DNA from: Pseudomonadota bacterium
Lineage (GTDB): Bacteria; Bdellovibrionota; Bdellovibrionia; Bdellovibrionales; Bdellovibrionaceae
Direction: 5' to 3'
DNA length: 64,000 nt
NCBI GenBank assembly: GCA_041178425.1
Contig: JBEGVH010000021.1
Location: forward strand, 49,608 to 113,607
Below the pieces are notes generated by a model. It did not search any database and was not told the origin of the DNA. It saw only the letters and a list, made by a program, of their open reading frames with translations. The first letter of the stretch is position 1; each line of letters opens with the position of its first letter. The position numbers were made by a program, and so were the translations under genes. Shown piece by piece: positions 1-9,900 of this stretch.

Positions 1-902
1 TTCAAATCAATAGATTCATTCGGATCATCAACTCTCACAGCCCACTCTCCGCTGGGCCCAATCACCGCCGGGGCGAAAACACCTTGAACATTCAATCGAT
101 ACGTGGGCGATGTGTAGAGCACTTGCGCCGATGTTTTTTCGATCACCTTCCAACGCCAAAAGTGCTTACCAATAGGAATGGTTACATCGATGAGTTGAGT
201 CTGGCTTTCGGCGACTCGTTTTTCAGTAAACAAGCGCCGCGATGGTCCCCATTCTAACTCGATCAACCAATCGGGTCGGCTGCCTTCCCACGAAAACTGA
301 TGGGCTTGCGGGAAATCAGGGTTCAGTTCAAAATTGGTGTCGACTGCGGGCGACTTCCAAATAATATTATGAAAGTTCGTTAGAATCTCAGCTGTTGACG
401 CTAGCGGTTTCACCGCTTCGCTTCCCTGTTTAACGAAGGTCGTCGTCGATTCCGGAACAGCGCAATTGGCCGCGCTCTCATCGGCGACACTAATTTTTCG
501 TTCGGGAGTTTTTGAACTGTGAATCTCAATGGGCATAGGTTCGATGGTAAATAGCCCCTCCGTTGTTTTGACCGTGACTAAACCGGAATCAGCCTCGAGC
601 AGAATGTGTGAGTCGCTTTCTACCGAAATCGCTTTTGCCACCGATGGAATCGCTAATTTCAGATCTCCCTCAGCTCCTGTTTTAATTTCGTCAAACGGAT
701 AAAGTTGGTCTCCTCGCTGAAGAGGTGCCCACATTTTTGAATCTTTTTGTTGGCGGAGATGAAACCCTGAAACGCTTTGAACAAAGCCTATTGAAGCAAT
801 AGACGGCGTATCGCTGAACGACGTTCGAGTGGTGCTTTCATAATAAAGCACGGCCCCAACACCGCTTAGTGTGATCAAAATAGGAAAAATAAAACGAGTC
901 AT
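1..902 (-). CDS. Membrane-anchored protein with a FecR-like N-terminal beta domain (partial, runs off the window start)
   Basis: Manual translation from ATG at 902 gives MTRFIFPILITLSGVGAVLYYE...WAPLQRGDQLYPFDEIKTGAEGDLKL: an N-terminal TM helix followed by a 'GD-L-xx-D-x-I-x-TG' FecR-like motif. Absent from the ORF track, presumably because no stop codon lies inside the window. Confidence 0.6.
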   Translation of the reverse strand, partial: MTRFIFPILITLSGVGAVLYYESTTRTSFSDTPSIASIGFVQSVSGFHLRQQKDSKMWAPLQRGDQLYPFDEIKTGAEGDLKLAIPSVAKAISVESDSHILLEADSGLVTVKTTEGLFTIEPMPIEIHSSKTPERKISVADESAANCAVPESTTTFVKQGSEAVKPLASTAEILTNFHNIIWKSPAVDTNFELNPDFPQAHQFSWEGSRPDWLIELEWGPSRRLFTEKRVAESQTQLIDVTIPIGKHFWRWKVIEKTSAQVLYTSPTYRLNVQGVFAPAVIGPSGEWAVRVDDPNESIDL

Positions 903-934
903 TTTCCTGAACACTCGATATGCCTCCAGTACTT

Positions 935-962
935 GTATCGGAACAAGACACTGAAAACTTCA
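935..962 (-). promoter_or_regulatory. Sigma-28 (FliA)-like promoter for the FecR-like gene
   Basis: Minus strand TGAA-N16-TCCGATAC versus consensus TAAA-N15/16-GCCGATAA. Confidence 0.5.
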
Positions 963-988
963 CGGACAAATGTCTCAGAATGAGTAAG

Positions 989-3900
989 TTAATACTGAAG
1001 ACCAGGTACTGGTATCAAAGTCGAGGCTGAGGGTCTGTGACTAAAGAGACCCGTGTTGGCACCCCAACACTTGAAGATGCCAGATGCCACCGCACAGGTG
1101 GAATCATCGCCCAACCATACTTTTGTTACACTAGTAAGAATCGCCGCCGAAGGCGCATTGGCATTGGTTGTGTTATTGGTTCCTAATTGCCCCGATGAAT
1201 TTAAACCAAAACACTTTAGTTCATTGCTTGACGTGATTGCGCACACGTGGGCTAGTCCAACGGCAAAGTTCTTGATCGCCAGGTTATTGATCTTTTTAGG
1301 ATAGGTGTTGTTCAACACTTTCGAATTACCCAACTGACCTTCAGAACCCTTACCCCAGCACCGCAACGAGTTGTCATCAAACCGCGCGCAGGCGAACTGA
1401 TCGCCCGAAGAAATTTGAACAGGCTTAGTTCCCGCAAAAGGGTTAAAGGCCTCCACCGCAACAGTGGAGTCAGTCTCATTGTCATCACCCAATTGGCCTT
1501 GGGTCCCGGCGCCAGCACACTTAATGACCGTTCCAACAATGGCACACATAAAATCACTGCTGACTGCAAAATCAACCACGTCTTTGTCGTAGATCTTTGT
1601 GGGCTTTGTGGCCGATGTGGTGTTGCCTAAGCCAAACATTCCATTATTATAGCCCCAACACCACAAACTTCCGTCGGTCTTAAGCATACAGGCTGTGTTA
1701 TAGCTATTAGTGCCATCAGTGGTCGTTGCCGATTTTACTTTAGCCACATCGGCAGAGACAAAGGTCGGGGTGGCCGACGCAGTATTTGCCGACGATCCAT
1801 CACCAATGTAGTTTTCTCCCCAACATCGGAGAACGCCACCAGTATCCACATAACATCCGCCTTTTGAGTTGGTCGCAAGATCGGCCACATTAGTGCTTGG
1901 AATCTGAACTGGGTTATTACGTTGACCCAAAGTTCCATCACCCACATAGGTGACGGTAGTGCTTGTAGTAAGACAGCGCACCTTACTATCAGAAGCGGTA
2001 AAGCAATTAAGTTTTCCACTCATCGATACCAAAGAGGGTGTATCTTCTAAAGACTCTTGGGGCACTAACCGACGTTCGTCGGCAAAGAGAGCTCGTCTCA
2101 TAGCTGAAGGAGAGTTAACACAAGACACCACTCCCGTCGCCGAAGCACCGCAGGTCATTGTTGAACTTTTCGAAACCTTCGCAGAAAAACGTGTTTCCAC
2201 AGGGCTTGTTTTATTACCTGTGCTCGCAAATTCACCATCGTTATAGCCCCAACAAACTGTTTTCGGAGTATCAAGGTCGGCACAAAAACTTCCGTTGGCG
2301 TAGTGGCTCGAATAGATCTTGGTAGCCTTCGCCAACGACCCACTCCCCCAGCTCACAGCAGTGCCGGGTATCGCGTTGCCATTGGTTGTGGTACCATTGC
2401 CCAATTGTCCATAGGCATTCGATCCCCAACAATACACATCTCCACGATCCGGATTCGTGGAGGTTAGTTTAAGGCCACAGGTTGAATGGTTATCAACAGC
2501 TAGCATTGCAAAATCAACTGACGATGTGACTAGCTGCGGACTCGCACATGAGCCTGTGCAAGCGCCCCCCCCGAGCCCCAAGGCTCCATAGGTATTGCTT
2601 CCCCAGCAGTAAAGTTTGGTATTAACGGTGGTCGATGCACACGTGTGGGTAAAACTGGTTGCGACAGCTTTGATCGGATCAGCCGAGCCAAGCACAGCCA
2701 CTGGACTTGTTTGATCGGTTGTCGTTCCGTCTCCCACCTGTCCATTGTTATTTTGGCCCCAGCATTTCAAGCGACGATCACCGAGATAAGTATAAATAGC
2801 ACAAGCACCTGTTCCACTCACCGACAGTTCTTGCACATTGGCTAAAGCTGTTGGATCGGCACCTGACGTTCTCACCGCGGTCGGTGTTCCGGTGTTTGTC
2901 GTAGAACCGATACCAAGTTGCCCGTAGTTATTAGCGCCCCAACACTTTGCCGTATTATCACTAAGAACGGCACAAGTCATATCAGCGGCCGCATAGATCT
3001 TAGTGGCACCAGAGGCAATCGCTGTTTGAGCCCCGGTCACTGCCGTGGTGGTCCCATTGCCTAATTGTCCGCTGGAATTTGAACCATGGCACATCACCTT
3101 ACCCGAATTCAAGAGCACACAAATATGACTAGTTCCACTGGCGACCATCGTGACAGTCTCCCCTGCACCGAACTCATCATCGTGCACGGCAACCAAAGAC
3201 ACCGCAGAGCTCGTACTGATCCCTCCGAGGGTCGTGCTCCTGGCTTGTACAGAAAATAATTTTAATCCAGAGGTCGCACCATCGTCAGTGACGGTAAACC
3301 CAAGAGTCTCTGACGTAACGCCGGAGTTGATCGCCTTGCTCAATGAGGAGAAATTGTACTCAGTAGAAAGAATTCCAGCCAATGGAAACGCTTTTAAACC
3401 AACCGTCAAAGCCTCGCTCGCAGACGCTAGCAAACTCAAAGCAACATTACCAGAACCGCCATTTTCAGTGAGTTCAATCACTGCGTTCGACAAACTGACT
3501 TGAGGTTTAGCAACCCCATTAACCCGCACATCTGCAAACTGCGTATAACCACTAGGAAGCGTTGTCGTGGCTGCGGCACTAAAAACGTTATTAATAGCAC
3601 CACCGGTAATTGCCGTTAATTCAACGCCATTGAGATCGAGATCAGACGCAGCCACCGTGTACGTAAAGCGAGATTCGCGAGAAGTTGATCGCGCCGAATC
3701 GTAAGTAAAGTCGACCACTGTGGCCGGAGTCGCAAACTGCACGCTAAGAACAGGAGATCCAGTCACCACCACGGGTCGATTCCAGTAAACCACAAACTCC
3801 ACCACATCGTTGAGATAGTAAGTGGCGGCTGGCGGGGGTACGATCTTACTAGCCGTCACAGTGTAATTGAGTTTAATATCTTTATTCGCAGCAAGAGAAC

Positions 3901-6900
3901 CCGCACCTCCAGGTGTTGGCAACGTGAGCGAAGCATTATGGTTCAGCGAATCGCGAACCGTCGTAGAGGTAGCGATAAGCGAATTTACATCGAAATAATC
4001 AAGATCGGCACTCATATGACTCGATTCAACCATGTAGTTAAAATGAAGCGTACTCGTACCAGAACCCGATGCATAGGTGGCAAAGGCCTCGACATCGTCA
4101 TAGAGCTTTAATTTGAGTTTAAGATCAGTGCCAGTGACAGTGACCGGCTCGCTAAAAGTCACCGATACGTTCACGACAGCGCTGGCATTATACTCTCCAT
4201 CGCTGGTCGTTGAGGTCACATTAGTGATCGTGGGGTCAGCCGTATCAAGCGTGTATGTTACCGAGTTTACAGAGCAAGCACTGCTCGTTCCTCCCGGGCT
4301 TACTACCTGCGCATAAAACGTTCTTAAGCCATCACCCGCGAGGTTAAAGCTAACATCTGCATACCCAGAAGAGCCAGCTGTCACTTGCCCCGCCGAAGTC
4401 GAGCAATTCGAATCGGTAAATACTTTTGCCGTCCAATTGTTCATAACGTTATTCACGCGAACCGTGATTGCTGTCTTCGAATCGACCGCCGCTATTCCCG
4501 AACCCAAAGCAAGAGTTTGAACATGGTTCACGCTGATACTCTTATTATCACCGAGCGAGTTGGCAGCACCAGGAGCTGGAAGCGTCAAATTAGCATTGGT
4601 GCCCAAGGCATTTTTCACTGTGGAGGTGCCGAGAGTCATTGCAGAGGTATCGACATAATCGAGATCGTTACTTAAGTCTCCAGGGCGAACAAAGTAAGAG
4701 AACCGAAGCGTCGCCGTGCCTGAGCCCGAATTATAAGGAGCCGCAACCGTCGTTCCATTTAGATTAAGGTTGAGGGCAAGACTATCTCCTGTCACGGTCA
4801 CAGGGTCAGAGAATGTCACGGAGATATCTATAAGTTCATAAGCCGAATAATTTTTGTTGGTGGAGGAGCTTGTCACATTGGTAATCGTCGGCTGTGAGGT
4901 ATTAAGTGTGTAATTGACCGAAGCTTGCGAGCAAGTCGTAGATCCTCCATCAATACCAACAATTTTAGCGTAAAGGGTATAGGCACCATCGCCAGGGAGG
5001 TCCGCCGAAACCGTCGCTTGCCCGAGGCCCGTTGACGTGCCCGTACCCACTAGATTAGTACATGAGACCTCAGTATAGACTTCTGCTTGCTGTCCGGTCA
5101 TAACACCCGAAACAACGATGTCCACCGGATCTTTTGTATCGGTGGCTGTGACTCCAGCCGCCAGTGTTAATCCCACGGTAAAATTAACTGCAATCGTTTT
5201 ATTAGCACTCAAAGAATTCGCTGCTCCAGGGACTGGCAAGGTCGTGGTTGCATCGTAACCAAAAAGATCTCTAATAGCTCCAGAACCCAAATTCAGAGCG
5301 GTAGTAGACGAGTATTCGAGATCGTTCGAAAAATCGCCCACACTTGCGGTGTATTGAAAATGTAAGGTATCCGTACCACTGCCCGACACATAGGGCGCCG
5401 CCTGATGAGTTCCGTTAAGATTCATCGATAGCTGCAAGTCCGAGCCGGTCACATAAACAACCTCACCGAAGGTTACAGAAATATCGATTAATTCTCCGGT
5501 GGTATAATAGCCATTGGCTTTTGTGCTTGTAATATTGATCACCGATGGACCACCGGTATCAAGGGTGTAATCGACCGTTGAGACCGAGCAACCCTTAATC
5601 TCAGTATTACTTCCATTAAAAACTCTGGCCCTAAAGGTTCGAAGGCCATCGCCTGTCAGATCAACCTGAACCGTCGCCGTTCCTCCTGAACCGGCAACAA
5701 CGCTGCCAGCTTCTATCGAGCAAGCGGTATCAGTATACAATTTTGCCATGTAACCATTCATTACTCCATAAACATTAACATTAACGGGATCTTCATCGTC
5801 GAGGGAATTATATCCCGATGCCAAAGACAATGCGAGAGTATCATTACTAGCAATCGCTTTGTTCGCAGAGAGTGACCCAAGCGTTCCTGGCGCCGGTAAT
5901 GTTAAAATAGCCAAATTGCCAACTCCGTCTGTGACTGAAGAGGTTCCCAGCGTGAGCGCGCTGGTTGAGCCATAATCGAGATCGTTGGTAAAATCGGCCG
6001 CCACAGTGATGTATTGAAAATGCAAGGTGTTAGTTCCAGAACCAGAACTGTACGAGGCCGAGCGAGCGCCCCCGTTGAAGTCGAGAGCGAGCGCAAGCCC
6101 TGTACCTGTAACACTCACCACTTCGTCAAAAGTGATACTCACGTCAATTAAGGTGCCCGTGGAATAAGAACCATCAGCCAATGCACTAGTGACGTTTGTT
6201 ACAATCGGCCGCTGAGTATCAAGCTCGTAGTTCACCGAGGCCGTTGAACAGGCCGTATCGCTATTATCGATGTCTCGAACTTGCGCATAGAAAGTGCGAG
6301 CGCCATCTCCAGTTAAACTCACACTCACCGTCGCTGTGCGATTCCCTGACGACACCGCTTCACCAACTTTATTGGTACACGTTGATTCGGTGTAAACCTT
6401 TGCCGTTGCTCCCGTCATTACGCCACTCACAACGACGTTAACAGGATTATCATTATCTTTGGCATTAACTCCAGGAGCCAGAGTGATACCCACGTTTGTA
6501 TTAATTTTTATATTTTTATTATACCCTAAAGAACCAGCCGCACCCATGGTTGGAAGAGTCAATATGGCGTTGTAACCAGCAGCATCTTTGATGGTAGCCG
6601 TTCGCCGATTAATCGCCGAGGTCGCCGAGTACTCAAGCTCGGTCGTAAAGTCATCCACCGACGGAAAATAATTAAAATGCAAAGTGTCTGTTCCTGAACC
6701 CGAGCTATAAATAGCCGATCGTAAATTGCCATTCAGATTAAGACCAAGGGTCACTCCGGAGCCCACCACCGTCACAGGTTCGGTGAAGGTCACAGACACA
6801 TCGATCAAATCACCAGTTTCAAAATTACCGTCGGCATTGGTGCTAGTGACATTAGCGACAGTCGGACCACCAGTATCAAGACGATAACCAACAGACGCTG

Positions 6901-9900
6901 TTGAGCAAGCTGACTCCACATTGCTAAGATCTTTGACTTTGGCGTAAAACGTTCTATCGCCGTCGCCGGTCAGATTGACCGTCACCAACGCCGAACCATT
7001 ACCAGATGAAACGGCTTGAGCTACCGCCGAACCCGTGCATGCCGAATCGGTGTAAACAAGTGCTGTGTACCCCGTCATCACCCCTGAAACATTCACTCCC
7101 ACAGGGTTTTTATTATCAACGGCATTGAAACCGGCATCTAAACTGAGCCCGATGACATAATTCACTGAAAGAGCCTTATTAAAAGCAAGCGAACCTGTCG
7201 TGCCTGGCGCAGGCAAGGTCAAAACGCCAATATTTCCGGCGCTGTCTTTGACTGTCGCAGAACCTAACGACAGCGCTGATGTTGAAACGTAATCTAAGTC
7301 ACGAGCCAGATCGCTCGAAACTAGAGTGTACTGAAACTTTAATCGATTAGATCCGGTGCCTGAAATATACTGAGCCGTTCTAGTGACTCCGTTAAAATCT
7401 AGATCAATAGTAAGACCGGTTCCTGTCACGTCAACGGCTTCACTGAAGTCGACCGAAACATCGATGGTCGCGCCAGTGGAATGATTGCCATCGGCCGTGG
7501 TGCTGGTGACCGAGGTCACTGTGGGAACTTGGGTATCATACTGATAAGAAACATTGGCGGTAGAACAACTAGACGAAGCGCCTTGAAGATCAAAGATTTT
7601 AGCATAGAAGGTGTAGGCTCCATTCGTGGCCAATGGCACCGACACTGTTACGGATCCCCCTGCGCTCGCGACCGCCTCTGCTTTGTAGACTGTGCAGGCG
7701 TTATCACTATAGATTTTGGCTGTGTGCCCGTTCATCACACTAGAAACTACCACATTTACGGGGCTCTTTGTATCAACGGCATTAAAACCGTTGGCGAGCG
7801 CAAGTCCTAAATTATGATTCACGGAAATTGCTTTATTCACGCCCAGAGAGTTCGCCGCACCGGGCGCTGCTAAAGTCAGAGTCGCATCATTACCAGCGGA
7901 ATCTTTTATGGAGGCAGAACCAAGTACTAACGCCGTCGTCGATTCATAATCGAGATCACTGGAGAAGTCTCCATTCGCAATCATATACTGGAACTGCAAA
8001 GTCGATGTTCCAGTACCAGATACATAGCTTGCAGCCTTGGTTGTGCCGTTCATGTTGAGGTTAAGAACAAGGCCAGTTCCTGCCACCGTCACCGCTTCAC
8101 TAAACACAACACTCACATTCAATACAGAGCCTTCGGTATAATTCCCGTTGGCGCTCGAACTCGTCACATTCGCGACCGTCGGTGCTTGTCTATCTAAGGT
8201 GTATGAAACGCCGCTCGTCGTACAATTGCTGCTGTTACCTTGAGTGTCTAAAACTTTCGCGTAGAATTGATGAAGTCCATCTCCACTTAGATTTACAGAA
8301 AAGGATACTGTTCCTCCTGCCGCTGCAACCGCTTGTTGAACAAACTGCGTACACGAGTTGTCGGAGTAAACTTTGGCAGTTTGTCCTACCATGACTCCAC
8401 CAACGGTCAACTCCAATGGGTTTTTGTTGTCGGTCGTATTAAATCCGGCATTTAAATGAATGGAAAGATTATAGTTAACAGTAATCGCTTTGTTTGCGCC
8501 CAAAGAACCCGCAGCCCCAGGCTCTGCCAAGGTTGTATTTGCATTATTGCCGATGGAATCTTTAAGAGTCGATGAACCCAAATCAAGTGCCGTCGTTGAA
8601 ACGTAATCGAGATCGTTGGTAAAATCTCCGGCTACTGTCAGATACTGAAAATAAAGAGTCTCAGTTCCAGATCCAGACAGATAAGTTGCCGCTCTCGAAG
8701 TGCCATTCATATTTAGATTCAGAACCAGTCCGGAACCAGCAACAACGACGGGCTCATTAAAGGTAACAGCAATATTTAAAAAAGAACCCGTCGAGTAAGA
8801 TCCGTTGGGATTGGCACTCGTCACACCAATGACTGCCGGACCAGTTTGGTCAAAATGGTACGCCACTGTAGAAGGAAAGCAATTTGACTCAGCACCCGAA
8901 GGCCGAGCGATCTTAGCGTAAAAATTGTGAGTGCCCTCGGTAGACAAATTAACAGGGACCAGAGCCAGCCCGCCTGATAGAGCCGTCGCCTGAGCCACCG
9001 ATGAAGTCGAACAACTAGAATCAGTATATAGTTTGGCCGTGTGGCCGGTCATCACCCCTGTCACTTTGACTGTCAGAGGATTTTTATTGTCACTCGAATT
9101 AAAACCTGAGCCCAACGATAAGGTAACAGAATCATTAACGCCAATCTCTTTATTGTTGGCCAAAGAGCCGACAGCACCCGGAAGAGGAAGTGTTGTTACT
9201 CCGGTATTTCCAGCTTCGTCGGCAATTTGAGCCGAACCTAAAACCAATGCAGCATTTGAACTGTAATCAAGATCACTGGTAAAATCAGTGAGTGTTGTAA
9301 TATATTCGAATTGAAGAGTGTTGGTGCCACTTCCCGAAACATAGCTAGCTATCTTATTGGTGCCATTAAAATCGAGGCTTAACGTTAGGCCAGATCCCGT
9401 CACAAAAACCGGTTCACTAAATTCTACTGCCACGTTAATCCTACTTGCGGCGAGATAGGAGCCGTCGGGTGTTGTACTTGTAACGTTCGTAATAGTTGGC
9501 GCTACGGTATCTAATGTATATCCTACAGATTCCGTCGAACAACTCGACTCAATATTATCACTCCCTGTGGTTTTTGCGTAAAATATTCTTGCTCCATCGC
9601 TACCAAGAGGGATGCTAATGACGGTGCTTCCTCCAGCGCTTGCCGACACTTCCGCCACTTTAGCGGTGCAATCAGAATCAGTGAAGAGTTTGATCGTTGT
9701 TCCCGACATCACTCCGGTCACTTTGACATCCACGGGATCTTTACTATCCACAGGATTGAAGCCAGGAGCCAGGGTTAAACCAAAAAAGTAATTGACCTTA
9801 ATATCCTTATTCGCTCGGAGAGAGCCCGAACCAGCAGGAGCGGGTAAAACGATAACGGCATCATAGCCGGCAAGATCACGAATGGTCGCCGAACCTTTGG